Sequence record: NZ_CP039562.1
Length of the DNA stretch: 64,000 bases
Source: a plasmid
Direction: 5' to 3' (one strand)
Position 1 is the stretch's first letter; the number at the start of each line of letters is the position of its first letter. The notes beneath the pieces are model-generated. The model made no database searches. It saw nothing but the letters and a program-made list of their open reading frames with translations, and had not been told where the DNA came from. Made by a program: the position numbers and the translations under genes. Below are positions 1 to 9,381 of this stretch, in pieces.

Positions 1-594
1 ATCTTCGCGAGTCCGGCTTTTTGGGTTTACACTGTCGGCTTTAGCGCCGGTATGGGCACCTACTTCGTCTTCTTCTCGACGGCTCCCCGTGTGCTCATAG
101 GCCAAGCGGAATATTCCGAGATCGGATTCAGCTTTGCCTTCGCCACTGTCGCGCTTGTAATGATCGTGACAACCCGTTTCGCGAAGTCCTTTGTCGCCAG
201 ATGGGGCATCGCAGGATGCGTGGCGCGTGGGATGGCGTTGCTTGTTTGCGGAGCGGTCCTGTTGGGGATCGGCGAACTTTACGGCTCGCCGTCATTCCTC
301 ACCTTCATCCTACCGATGTGGGTTGTCGCGGTCGGTATTGTCTTCACGGTGTCCGTTACCGCGAACGGCGCTTTGGCAGAGTTCGACGACATCGCGGGAT
401 CAGCGGTCGCGTTCTACTTCTGCGTTCAAAGCCTGATAGTCAGCATTGTCGGGACATTGGCGGTGGCACTTTTAAACGGTGACACAGCGTGGCCCGTGAT
501 CTGTTACGCCACGGCGATGGCGGTACTGGTTTCGTTGGGGCTGGTGCTCCTTCGGCTCCGTGGGGCTGCCACCGAGAAGTCGCCAGTCGTCTAA
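1..594 (+). CDS. floR: Florfenicol/chloramphenicol MFS exporter FloR, 3' part (the gene starts left of the window)
   Basis: The reading frame is open from base 1 to the stop at 594. The hydrophobic TM-helix C-terminus ends ...LRLRGAATEKSPVV, which I recall as the FloR end. It is followed by a truncated lysR and tetA(A)/tetR(A), as in floR-tetA-strAB-sul2 islands. Confidence 0.8.
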   Translation: MFASPAFWVYTVGFSAGMGTYFVFFSTAPRVLIGQAEYSEIGFSFAFATVALVMIVTTRFAKSFVARWGIAGCVARGMALLVCGAVLLGIGELYGSPSFLTFILPMWVVAVGIVFTVSVTANGALAEFDDIAGSAVAFYFCVQSLIVSIVGTLAVALLNGDTAWPVICYATAMAVLVSLGLVLLRLRGAATEKSPVV

Positions 595-621
595 CCGACG
601 ACTGGTAGCAGGCCCGCTCCG

Positions 622-927
622 ATGCGGCGCACTAACCATCGAAACCTCGTGAATGTCGGTATCCTGTCTGGCAGGATACCGCTCATTTCCCTTGTTCAGT
701 TCATCGCCGTCGCCGAGCATCTGAATTTTCGGCATGCGGCCAAGGCACTTGGTATCAGCCAGTCGAGCGTCAGCGCGCGTGTGAAAGCGCTGGAGGATAA
801 CCTTGGTGTCCTGCTATTTGAGCGCCATGCGCGGGGCGTTCGGCTAACAGACGCAGGCAGGCACTTCATGGAGCGTGTCACGGCGGGTGTCGATCAACTC
901 GATCACGCAGTGAAGACCGCGGAGTGA
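622..927 (+). pseudogene. Truncated LysR-family regulator (N-terminal HTH part only, 101 aa)
   Basis: An HTH region (LVQFIAVAEHLNFRHAAKALGISQSSVSARVKALE) typical of LysR N-termini. The ORF stops after ~100 aa, which is the usual floR-downstream delta-lysR. Confidence 0.6.
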
Positions 928-1193
928 CGGGCACTGGCTGGCAATGTCTAGCAACGGCAGGCATTTCGGCTGAGGGTAAAAGAACTTTCCGCTAAGCGAT
1001 AGACTGTATGTAAACACAGTATTGCAAGGACGCGGAACATGCCTCATGTGGCGGCCAGGACGGCCAGCCGGGATCGGGATACTGGTCGTTACCAGAGCCA
1101 CCGACCCGAGCAAACCCTTCTCTATCAGATCGTTGACGAGTATTACCCGGCATTCGCTGCGCTTATGGCAGAGCAGGGAAAGGAATTGCCGGG

Positions 1194-2393
1194 CTATGTG
1201 CAACGGGAATTTGAAGAATTTCTCCAAAGCCCGCGACGCAGCGCCGGCAGGCAGAGCAAGTAGAGGGCAGCGCCTGCAATCCATGCCCACCCGTTCCACG
1301 TTGTTATAGAAGCCGCATAGATCGCCGTGAAGAGGAGGGGTCCGACGATCGAGGTCAGGCTGGTGAGCGCCGCCAGTGAGCCTTGCAGCTGCCCCTGACG
1401 TTCCTCATCCACCTGCCTGGACAACATTGCTTGCAGCGCCGGCATTCCGATGCCACCCGAAGCAAGCAGGACCATGATCGGGAACGCCATCCATCCCCGT
1501 GTCGCGAAGGCAAGCAGGATGTAGCCTGTGCCGTCGGCAATCATTCCGAGCATGAGTGCCCGCCTTTCGCCGAGCCGGGCGGCTACAGGGCCGGTGATCA
1601 TTGCCTGGGCGAGTGAATGCAGAATGCCAAATGCGGCAAGCGAAATGCCGATCGTGGTCGCGTCCCAGTGAAAGCGATCCTCGCCGAAAATGACCCAAAG
1701 CGCGGCCGGCACCTGTCCGACAAGTTGCATGATGAAGAAGACCGCCATCAGGGCGGCGACGACGGTCATGCCCCGGGCCCACCGGAACGAAGCGAGCGGG
1801 TTGAGAGCCTCCCGGCGTAACGGCCGGCGTTCGCCTTTGTGCGACTCCGGCAAAAGGAAACAGCCCGTCAGGAAATTGAGGCCGTTCAAGGCTGCCGCGG
1901 CGAAGAACGGAGCGTGGGGGGAGAAACCGCCCATCAGCCCACCGAGCACAGGTCCCGCGACCATCCCGAACCCGAAACAGGCGCTCATGAAGCCGAAGTG
2001 CCGCGCGCGCTCATCGCCATCAGTGATATCGGCAATATAAGCGCCGGCTACCGCCCCAGTCGCCCCGGTGATGCCGGCCACGATCCGCCCGATATAGAGA
2101 ACCCAAAGGAAAGGCGCCGTCGCCATGATGGCGTAGTCGACAGCAGCGCCGGCCAGCGAGACGAGCAAGACCGGCCGCCGCCCGAAACGATCCGACAGCG
2201 CGCCCAGCACAGGTGCGCAGGCAAATTGCATCAACGCATACAGCGCCAGCAGAATGCCATAGTGGGCGGTGACGTCGTTCGAGTGAACCAGATCGCGCAG
2301 GAGGCCCGGCAGCACCGGCATAATCAGGCCGATGCCGACAGCGTCGAGCGCGACAGTGCTCAGAATTACGATCAGGGGTCTGTTGGGTTTCAC
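1194..2393 (-). CDS. tetA(A): Tetracycline efflux MFS pump TetA class A
   Basis: Near-identical over most of its length to the TetA(A) sequence as I recall it from Tn1721, starting (V)KPNRPLIVILSTVALDAVGIGLIMPVLPGLL. The C-terminal tail differs from the Tn1721 copy. It lies divergent from tetR, with tet operators in between. Confidence 0.9.
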   Translation of the reverse strand: MKPNRPLIVILSTVALDAVGIGLIMPVLPGLLRDLVHSNDVTAHYGILLALYALMQFACAPVLGALSDRFGRRPVLLVSLAGAAVDYAIMATAPFLWVLYIGRIVAGITGATGAVAGAYIADITDGDERARHFGFMSACFGFGMVAGPVLGGLMGGFSPHAPFFAAAALNGLNFLTGCFLLPESHKGERRPLRREALNPLASFRWARGMTVVAALMAVFFIMQLVGQVPAALWVIFGEDRFHWDATTIGISLAAFGILHSLAQAMITGPVAARLGERRALMLGMIADGTGYILLAFATRGWMAFPIMVLLASGGIGMPALQAMLSRQVDEERQGQLQGSLAALTSLTSIVGPLLFTAIYAASITTWNGWAWIAGAALYLLCLPALRRGLWRNSSNSRCT

Positions 2394-2498
2394 GTCTGGC
2401 CTCCGGACCAGCCTCCGCTGGTCCGATTGAACGCGCGGATTCTTTATCACTGATAAGTTGGTGGACATATTATGTTTATCAGTGATAAAGTGTCAAGC
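2394..2498. promoter_or_regulatory. Divergent tetA/tetR promoter region with two palindromic tet operators
   Basis: The palindromes TTATCACTGATAA (about 2441-2457) and TTATCAGTGATAA (about 2479-2495) sit between the divergent tetA and tetR starts. Confidence 0.7.
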
Positions 2499-3149
2499 AT
2501 GACAAAGTTGCAGCCGAATACAGTGATCCGTGCCGCCCTGGACCTGTTGAACGAGGTCGGCGTAGACGGTCTGACGACACGCAAACTGGCGGAACGGTTG
2601 GGGGTTCAGCAGCCGGCGCTTTACTGGCACTTCAGGAACAAGCGGGCGCTGCTCGACGCACTGGCCGAAGCCATGCTGGCGGAGAATCATACGCATTCGG
2701 TGCCGAGAGCCGACGACGACTGGCGCTCATTTCTGATCGGGAATGCCCGCAGCTTCAGGCAGGCGCTGCTCGCCTACCGCGATGGCGCGCGCATCCATGC
2801 CGGCACGCGACCGGGCGCACCGCAGATGGAAACGGCCGACGCGCAGCTTCGCTTCCTCTGCGAGGCGGGTTTTTCGGCCGGGGACGCCGTCAATGCGCTG
2901 ATGACAATCAGCTACTTCACTGTTGGGGCCGTGCTTGAGGAGCAGGCCGGCGACAGCGATGCCGGCGAGCGCGGCGGCACCGTTGAACAGGCTCCGCTCT
3001 CGCCGCTGTTGCGGGCCGCGATAGACGCCTTCGACGAAGCCGGTCCGGACGCAGCGTTCGAGCAGGGACTCGCGGTGATTGTCGATGGATTGGCGAAAAG
3101 GAGGCTCGTTGTCAGGAACGTTGAAGGACCGAGAAAGGGTGACGATTGA
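2499..3149 (+). CDS. tetR(A): Tetracycline repressor TetR class A (216 aa)
   Basis: MTKLQPNTVIRAALDLLNEVGVDGLTTRKLAERLGVQQPALYWHFRNKRALLDALAEAML... matches TetR(A) of Tn1721 from memory. Confidence 0.9.
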   Translation: MTKLQPNTVIRAALDLLNEVGVDGLTTRKLAERLGVQQPALYWHFRNKRALLDALAEAMLAENHTHSVPRADDDWRSFLIGNARSFRQALLAYRDGARIHAGTRPGAPQMETADAQLRFLCEAGFSAGDAVNALMTISYFTVGAVLEEQAGDSDAGERGGTVEQAPLSPLLRAAIDAFDEAGPDAAFEQGLAVIVDGLAKRRLVVRNVEGPRKGDD

Positions 3150-3622
3150 TCAGGACCGCTGCCGGAGCGCAACCCACTCACTACAGCAGAGCCATGTAGA
3201 CAACATCCCCTCCCCCTTTCCACCGCGTCAGACGCCCGTAGCAGCCCGCTACGGGCTTTTTCATGCCCTGCCCTAGCGTCCAAGCCTCACGGCCGCGCTC
3301 GGCCTCTCTGGCGGCCTTCTGGCGCTCCTGCTGCGGCGTCCGCTCGTGGGCCGTGGCGCGGGTCCGCGCGCCGGCCTCGTGCGCCTGGCGCTCGCGGGCG
3401 AGGTCCAGGGCGGCCGTCTTCACGTTCTGCCTTGCGCAGATGAGATAGATCTAGCGTGGACTCAAGGCTCTCGCGAATGGCTCGCGTTGGAAACTTTCAT
3501 TGACACTTGAGGGGCACCGCAGGGAAATTCTCGTCCTTGCGAGAACCGGCTATGTCGTGCTGCGCATCGAGCCTGCGCCCTTGGCTTGTCTCGCCCCTCT
3601 CCGCGTCGCTACGGGGCTTCCA

Positions 3623-3707
3623 GGGGTCGTTTGCGGGAAGGGGCGGAATCCTACGCTAAGGCTTTGGCCAGCGATATTCTCCGGTGAGATTGATGTGTTC
3701 CCAGGGG
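3623..3707. repeat. Tn5393 long terminal inverted repeat (strB-proximal end)
   Basis: GGGGTCGTTTGCGGGAAGGGGCGGAATCCTACGCTAAGGCTTTGGCCAGCGATATTCTCCGGTGAGATTGATGTGTTCCCAGGGG, immediately downstream of strB. I recall this as the ~81-bp Tn5393 IR. Confidence 0.7.
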
Positions 3708-3728
3708 ATAGGAGAAGTCGCTTGATAT

Positions 3729-4565
3729 CTAGTATGACGTCTGTCGCACCTGCTTGATCGCGGCCGCGATAGCTAGATCGCGTTGCTCCTCTTCTCCATC
3801 CGCGTTCCAAGCTGCGGAAAGGCACCCATAAGCGTACGCCTGGTCGAGCAGGCGACGCGGATCGACGTCCAGCGCACGAGAGAATGCGTCCGCCATCTGT
3901 GCAATGCGTCTAGGATCGAGACAAAGGTCGTCTCTGTCAGCCGGATCGTAGAACATATTGGCGGCGCCAAAGCCCACTTCACCGACCAGACCGACGGGAT
4001 CTATCACCAGCCAGCCGCGACTGGAGAACATGATGTTTTCATGATGCAGATCGCCATGTAGCCCACGCAGTTCCGAGGCATTGCTCATCATTTGATCGGC
4101 TATAATCGCCGCGTGGACGTAGTCAGTTTGACAACCTGCGTTTTGATCATCGCGCGCCCGCTGAAACAAAGCTGCAAAGCGATCCCGGATCGGGAGAAGG
4201 GCAGAAGGCAGGGGTTCCTCAGATGCGGCATACAGCTTCGCCATTAGTTCCGCTGCAATTTCGGTCGCCTGGTAGTCGCCGTGCTCGGCAACGATGTGAG
4301 AGAGCATTCGCTCCCCGGCATATTCGAGCAACATCAGATTGTTCTCACGACCGAGCAACCGGACTGCTCCCCTCCCATTGCGCCATACCAGATAGTCGGC
4401 CCCGCGCAGTTCATCAGCAATGTCTTCTATAGGTTTCAATCCCTTGACGATTGCAGGAGTCCCGTCTGGCAATGAAACTTTCCAAACGAGGCTGGAAAAG
4501 GTGTCCGCAATGAGAACAGGTTGCGAAACGTGCCAATGAGCAGGAAAAACAGGCGGCATGAACAT
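3729..4565 (-). CDS. strB: Aminoglycoside 6-phosphotransferase APH(6)-Id
   Basis: MFMPPVFPAHWHVSQPVLIADTFSSLVWKVSLPDGTPAIVKGL... is the StrB sequence. It overlaps the strA stop by 1 nt. Confidence 0.92.
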   Translation of the reverse strand: MFMPPVFPAHWHVSQPVLIADTFSSLVWKVSLPDGTPAIVKGLKPIEDIADELRGADYLVWRNGRGAVRLLGRENNLMLLEYAGERMLSHIVAEHGDYQATEIAAELMAKLYAASEEPLPSALLPIRDRFAALFQRARDDQNAGCQTDYVHAAIIADQMMSNASELRGLHGDLHHENIMFSSRGWLVIDPVGLVGEVGFGAANMFYDPADRDDLCLDPRRIAQMADAFSRALDVDPRRLLDQAYAYGCLSAAWNADGEEEQRDLAIAAAIKQVRQTSY

Positions 4566-5368
4566 CAACCCCAAGTCAGAGGGTCCAATCGCAGATAGAA
4601 GGCAAGGCGTTCGCGGTCGGGGGCTTCGATCCCCAATACATTGAATAGGACAGCGAAGGCGCGCTCTGCTTCATCTGGCGCTGCCCAGTTCTCTTCGGCG
4701 TTAGCAATCATGAGTGCCAAATCGGCATAGCGATCTGCTGTTCCGAGCCGCCCAAGGTCGATCAGACCCGTGCATTGAAGAGTTTTAGGGTCCACCATGA
4801 AGTTCGGCATGCAGGGATCACCATGGCAAACAACCATATCGGTGCGCTCTTGGTCGAGCCGCACCGGTAGCTCTCGTTCGACACGAGCCAAAAGATCGAG
4901 CTGCGGCGTACTCTTGTCCTCGTCCGGTAAGAAGTCGGGATTGACGGCATTGCGGGACACCACATCAACGGCGCGTCCGAACATTCGCGACAGCCTGCGC
5001 TCAAACGGACATTGATCAACCGATAGGCTGTGAACAGCGCCAAGTTGCTGCCCCATTGACGGCCACGCTTTGAGCAAATCCGCTCCAGACAGATCAGCCG
5101 CCGGTACTCCCGGAATTGCCGTTATCACCAAGCATGCACCCTCCTGTTCCTCCTGCCAGTTGATGACCTCGGGGCAAGCCACACCTCGACCTTTGAGCCA
5201 AATGAGGCGGTCACGCTCTCCAGCGAGCTCACCGCGGCGGGAAGCAGGTGCGATTTTCGCGAAGGCATGCCCGTCACCACGTCGAAAAACAAAATCACCA
5301 GATTCTCCGCCTCTGACAGGCAACCAGTCAGAATGCGATTCACCAAAAAAAATATTAGTTCGATTCAA
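4565..5368 (-). CDS. strA: Aminoglycoside 3''-phosphotransferase APH(3'')-Ib
   Basis: MNRTNIFFGESHSDWLPVRGGESGDFVFRRGDGHAFAKIAPASRRGELAGERDRLIWLKG... is the StrA sequence. Confidence 0.92.
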   Translation of the reverse strand: MNRTNIFFGESHSDWLPVRGGESGDFVFRRGDGHAFAKIAPASRRGELAGERDRLIWLKGRGVACPEVINWQEEQEGACLVITAIPGVPAADLSGADLLKAWPSMGQQLGAVHSLSVDQCPFERRLSRMFGRAVDVVSRNAVNPDFLPDEDKSTPQLDLLARVERELPVRLDQERTDMVVCHGDPCMPNFMVDPKTLQCTGLIDLGRLGTADRYADLALMIANAEENWAAPDEAERAFAVLFNVLGIEAPDRERLAFYLRLDPLTWG

Positions 5369-5428
5369 TGGAGGTTCCTTCAGTTTTCTGATGAAGCGCG
5401 AATATAGAGAAATATCCCGAATGTGCAG

Positions 5429-6244
5429 TTAACGAATTCTTGCGGTTTCTTTCAGCGCCGCCAATACCGCCAGCCCGTCGCGCAAGGGGCGCGGCTCGTG
5501 TGTGCGGATGAAGTCAGCTCCACCTGCGGCGGCGGCAAGCTCTGCAGCGAGTGTCGCGGCCCCGACATCCCCCGGACCACGGCCTGTGAGCGCGCGCAGA
5601 AAGGATTTGCGCGAAACAGACAGAAGCACCGGCAAATCGAAGCGCAGCCGCAATTCATCGAACCGCGCCAGCACCGAGAGCGAGGTTTCGGGAGCAGCCC
5701 CCAGAAAAAACCCCATGCCGGGATCAAGGACAAGGCGGTTGCGTTTGATACCGGCACCCGTCAGCGCCGCGATGCGCGCGTCAAAGAACGCCGCAATGTG
5801 ATCCATGATGTCGCCAGCGGGTGCCTCGCGCCGATCTGCCTGCCCGTCTTGCACCGAATGCATAACGACGAGTTTGGCAGATGATTTCGCCAATTGCGGA
5901 TAGAACGCAGCGTCTGGAAAACCGCGAATATCATTGAGATAGGCCACACCACGCGACAAGGCATAGGCTTGCGTCGCGGGTTGATAACTGTCGAGCGAGA
6001 CGGGAATGCCATCTGCCTTGAGCGCGTCCAGCACCGGCGCGATACGCGCGATTTCTGTGTCGGACGAAACAGGCGCGGCGTCGGGATTGCTGGATGCCGG
6101 ACCGAGGTCGATCACATCTGCCCCCTCGGCCATCAGCTTACGCGCCTGCGCAATGGCTGCGTCTGGCGCCAGATACCGGCCTCCATCGGAGAAACTGTCC
6201 GAGGTTATGTTGACGATGCCGAAAATGATGAGCGATTTATTCAT
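5429..6244 (-). CDS. sul2: Sulfonamide-resistant dihydropteroate synthase Sul2
   Basis: MNKSLIIFGIVNITSDSFSDGGRYLAPDAAIAQARKLMAEGADVIDLGPASSNPDAAPVSS... is the Sul2 sequence. Confidence 0.92.
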   Translation of the reverse strand: MNKSLIIFGIVNITSDSFSDGGRYLAPDAAIAQARKLMAEGADVIDLGPASSNPDAAPVSSDTEIARIAPVLDALKADGIPVSLDSYQPATQAYALSRGVAYLNDIRGFPDAAFYPQLAKSSAKLVVMHSVQDGQADRREAPAGDIMDHIAAFFDARIAALTGAGIKRNRLVLDPGMGFFLGAAPETSLSVLARFDELRLRFDLPVLLSVSRKSFLRALTGRGPGDVGAATLAAELAAAAGGADFIRTHEPRPLRDGLAVLAALKETARIR

Positions 6245-6550
6245 GGGGGCTTCTATAATAATAATAATCGAGCATGAGTCTCATACGGATGCTCGGGTCG
6301 AAAGGGAATCCCCAGGCGAGTAACCTGTTTGCGGTGATCCATTAGCTGCAGGAGCAGAATAGCATACATCTGGAAGCAAAGCCAGGAAAGCGGCCTATGG
6401 AGCTGTGCGGCAGCGCTCAGTAGGCAATTTTTCAAAATATTGTTAAGCCTTTTCTGAGCATGGTATTTTTCATGGTATTACCAATTAGCAGGAAAATAAG
6501 CCATTGAATATAAAAGATAAAAATGTCTTGTTTACAATAGAGTGGGATAA

Positions 6551-6862
6551 ATGGACGCTAAAGAACTGAACCACATGATAGCTGAGGCCTACAGCCGGGA
6601 TTTGCAAAAGCCTGAGCTGGTATCGTTCAAAGAGGTGAGTCGCTGGGGGCGTAAGTACGGTTTCCCCGTCGTATGCACTCTGGCCGATGAAAGTGAAGAA
6701 AAGCAGATCCACTGGGCTGCCAGTTTGCTCATTCAAGTAGCCGGTACTTGGCCGCGAGAAGATATGCCGGAATTGCTCACACCGGAACGGGGCTCCGCGC
6801 TGTTCAACGATGCGATGCAGTTATTGGCGAATGGGCTTGGAGCAGCAAATCAATTGCGCTGA
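6551..6862 (+). CDS. Hypothetical protein (103 aa), backbone side of the resistance island
   Basis: ORF with a reasonable start, in an AT-rich backbone-like region. No recognisable motifs. Confidence 0.35.
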   Translation: MDAKELNHMIAEAYSRDLQKPELVSFKEVSRWGRKYGFPVVCTLADESEEKQIHWAASLLIQVAGTWPREDMPELLTPERGSALFNDAMQLLANGLGAANQLR

Positions 6863-6971
6863 CAGCACAAACCTTGTCAATAAGCGGCCTTCATGGCCGT
6901 TTTTTTGTTTAAAGTTTGTTTTAACAGAACCATAATTAGATATTGCAGTATCATTTTATGATCGCTACAAT

Positions 6972-6987
6972 CTTTCACATGTGAAAG
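6972..6987. promoter_or_regulatory. parS-like 16-bp perfect palindrome CTTTCACATGTGAAAG, copy 1, 43 bp upstream of parA
   Basis: Perfect palindrome. It resembles the chromosomal parS core TGTTTCACGTGAAACA with a 2-bp central insertion. Two identical copies occur at 10387 and 27806. Confidence 0.5.
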
Positions 6988-7029
6988 TTTGGGGGTGGTC
7001 TTGATCACCTGCGAGAAACCAAAATAGAG

Positions 7030-7821
7030 GTGGGTATGGCAAAAGTAATCAGCTTCGCCAACCAGAAAGGCGGAGTGGGTAAGAGTACCCTCTGTATCCA
7101 GCAGGCCTTTTATCTGGCGTTACAGAAGAAAAAGAAAGTGCTGGTCTTGGATATGGATGGTCAGGGGAACACGTCCTCTCGACTGGCCCCCAGACGAGAG
7201 CTTGAGGATGGTGACTACGAGCCCATCCTCACAGGAACCAAAACCGCAGAGCTGTTCGCTTACGAGCTGGACGGCATTGAGGTCATGCACTGCCCTTGCG
7301 GTGCAGACCTCATTCATACGCCGAAAAACGACCCGGATCTGTTTGAGATGGAGGCTGTGCCTCTTGACCAGGCCATGAATCCGGCTCGCCATTTGGCTGA
7401 GCTGTTTGAGAACTACGACTACGTGCTGATTGATTGTCCGCCTAGCCTCGGCAGAAAGCTGGTGGCAGCGTTGGTGATGTCTACCCATGTGGCATGTCCA
7501 GTAAAGCTCTCTGGCTTCGCTGTGGACGGCGTAGAAGGTCTCCTGAACACGATTATTGGTGTGCGCGAGGCGTACAACCAAGATTTGGAGATCCTGGGCA
7601 TCGTGATCAACGACATGGACCGCTCTGTCAATCACGACAAAGCCCTCAAGTCGCTGGAGAACACAGTTCCGGATCTGTTGTTTGAGAACAAAATTATGCA
7701 CCGGCCTCCGCTCGATACGGCGACGACTGATGGCATCCCTGTCTGGGAGCTTCGCTATGGACATGTCGCGGCCAAAGAAGTTGAGGCGGTGTTGGAAGAA
7801 CTATTAGAGAAGGTGGGCTAA
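7030..7821 (+). CDS. parA: ParA partition ATPase (small, Soj-like; deviant Walker A KGGVGKST)
   Basis: MAKVISFANQKGGVGKSTLCIQQAFYLA... The 263-aa size lacks the N-terminal HTH, so it is chromosomal-type or type Ib-like. Confidence 0.85.
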   Translation: MGMAKVISFANQKGGVGKSTLCIQQAFYLALQKKKKVLVLDMDGQGNTSSRLAPRRELEDGDYEPILTGTKTAELFAYELDGIEVMHCPCGADLIHTPKNDPDLFEMEAVPLDQAMNPARHLAELFENYDYVLIDCPPSLGRKLVAALVMSTHVACPVKLSGFAVDGVEGLLNTIIGVREAYNQDLEILGIVINDMDRSVNHDKALKSLENTVPDLLFENKIMHRPPLDTATTDGIPVWELRYGHVAAKEVEAVLEELLEKVG

Positions 7822-7824
7822 GCG

Positions 7825-9006
7825 ATGGCATTGAACAATTTAAAAGGCCTGTCCGAACTTGCTAAAGCCGCCAAAGGCAAGAAAGGCAAAGAGGTTCTTA
7901 CCGTACCTGTTGACGACGTTGTATCCAAGGTCCAGGTTCGTAAGCGCTTCCGTAACATTGAAGAGCTGGCGGCAACCTTGCTGACCGAAGGGCAGCAGTC
8001 TCCGATCATCGTGTTCCCGAAGAACGAAGAAGGCAAGTTCGTCATCCAAAAAGGGGAGCGGCGTTGGAGAGCGTGTAAACACGCTGGTATCGAGACCATT
8101 GACTTGGTGGTGAATGATAAGGTCCAGAACAACTTGGACGAGACTGCTGGTGAGCTGATCGAAAACATCCAGCGGGATGACTTGACTCCGGTAGAGATTG
8201 CCGAGGCGTTAAACCTGTTTATTGAAGAAGGTTGGAAGCAAAAGGATATTGCTGATCGGCTCGGTAAGAATATCACTTTCGTATCTACGCATCTGTCGTT
8301 GCTCAAGCTACCTGACTGTGTGCGTGAGTTATACGATAATGAAGTATGTTCTGATACAGAGACCTTGAATAACCTTCGTCTCTTGTTCGATCTGAATGAA
8401 GAAAGATGTCGCGCCGTCTGCGCGGTGGCTATGTCTGACGGGATTACTCGTAAACAAAGCCGTGAGCTGCTGAATGATGCCAAACGTATCAAAGACGAAA
8501 TGGAAAAAGGCCCACTGACTGGCTCCCACCAGAATGATGAGCTTGGCGCTGGCAACACCGACGAGCAATCCCTCAACTCGGGTGGGGATGGTACGTCGGA
8601 ACAAACCGGGAATGACGACCTGAACCTTGCCCAGGAGGAACTGGAAGGGGGTAAAAATTCCAATGGTCAGGACGATGATGACGAAGACCCTTTGCGTGAT
8701 GAAGAGGGTGAGCACAAAGATCCTGTCAAGCAGCCAGATAACAGCGGCAAGGACAAAGATGAAGAAGGCGGTGATGCTCTTCCTCCTCTGCCGAAGGACA
8801 AGGAATGGAAGAACGTCCGGGCTGACAGTTTGATTTTTGCTGTCAACGTTAACCTGGATGGCGAGACCAAACGTGGAGTCATCATGACCGACCGTGTTGC
8901 TCTGGTTCCGTCTACTGTCTGGGTTAAAACGCTCGATGGCGAAGGCAAGGAAAAGCATGTTCATGTGCCTGTGTCAGACATTGAACTCCTGAGTGTCGAA
9001 GGCTAA
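7825..9006 (+). CDS. parB: ParB/Spo0J-family partition protein with an acidic low-complexity C-terminal half
   Basis: It lies immediately downstream of parA. The ParB N-terminal box region (QQSPIIVFPKNEEGKFVIQKGERRWRACKHAG) has GERRWRA as the ParB arginine patch. Confidence 0.8.
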   Translation: MALNNLKGLSELAKAAKGKKGKEVLTVPVDDVVSKVQVRKRFRNIEELAATLLTEGQQSPIIVFPKNEEGKFVIQKGERRWRACKHAGIETIDLVVNDKVQNNLDETAGELIENIQRDDLTPVEIAEALNLFIEEGWKQKDIADRLGKNITFVSTHLSLLKLPDCVRELYDNEVCSDTETLNNLRLLFDLNEERCRAVCAVAMSDGITRKQSRELLNDAKRIKDEMEKGPLTGSHQNDELGAGNTDEQSLNSGGDGTSEQTGNDDLNLAQEELEGGKNSNGQDDDDEDPLRDEEGEHKDPVKQPDNSGKDKDEEGGDALPPLPKDKEWKNVRADSLIFAVNVNLDGETKRGVIMTDRVALVPSTVWVKTLDGEGKEKHVHVPVSDIELLSVEG

Positions 9007-9048
9007 TAAAGGAGGCCCAGCCAGAGAGGTTGGGCCTGTCAAGAACAG

Positions 9049-9327
9049 GTGAATATGAAGATCTCACAGGACATGAAAAGAAAATTTGCTTTGGTGAATG
9101 CCCTGTCTAAAACGGAGAAGCCAAGTCTCCAAGACCTTCACAAGGCAACAAATATTCCTGAATCAACGATCAAGAGACAGTTGTCTGCCCTGCGTGATGA
9201 GTTCGGAATGAATATCTTGTTCGTCAGGGAGTCTACCGGCGAACGAGGTGCCACCGGCTACTACATGCTGACAGACTGGGGGATCTTAGACAGGTCTTCG
9301 TTCTTGAACCGGTACGGAAAACTGTAA
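9049..9327 (+). CDS. Small HTH DNA-binding protein (92 aa; orf053-like position in the IncC backbone, from memory)
   Basis: HTH-like segment PESTIKRQLSALRDEFG. It is followed by a strong bidirectional terminator. Confidence 0.5.
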   Translation: MNMKISQDMKRKFALVNALSKTEKPSLQDLHKATNIPESTIKRQLSALRDEFGMNILFVRESTGERGATGYYMLTDWGILDRSSFLNRYGKL

Positions 9328-9354
9328 GGTGCCATAGAGCAGCGCATTGAATGC

Positions 9355-9381
9355 AAAACCCGCCAATCGGCGGGTTTTTTT
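9355..9381. terminator. Bidirectional rho-independent terminator
   Basis: AAAACCCGCCAATCGGCGGGTTTTTTT is a GC stem flanked by an A-run and a T-run, between convergent genes. Confidence 0.8.

Noticed and set aside
1839-2453. 204-aa plus-strand ORF and several others (1383-1616, 1690-2040) inside tetA
   Set aside because: They are antisense to the well-supported tetA(A) gene in GC-rich DNA. Such ORFs are typical spurious high-GC antisense frames.
7818-8964. Long minus-strand ORFs (281 aa and 211 aa) overlapping parB
   Set aside because: They are antisense to parB, which has clear ParB motifs and is operonic with parA. Their Ser-rich, low-complexity translation is typical of antisense frames of acidic repeats.
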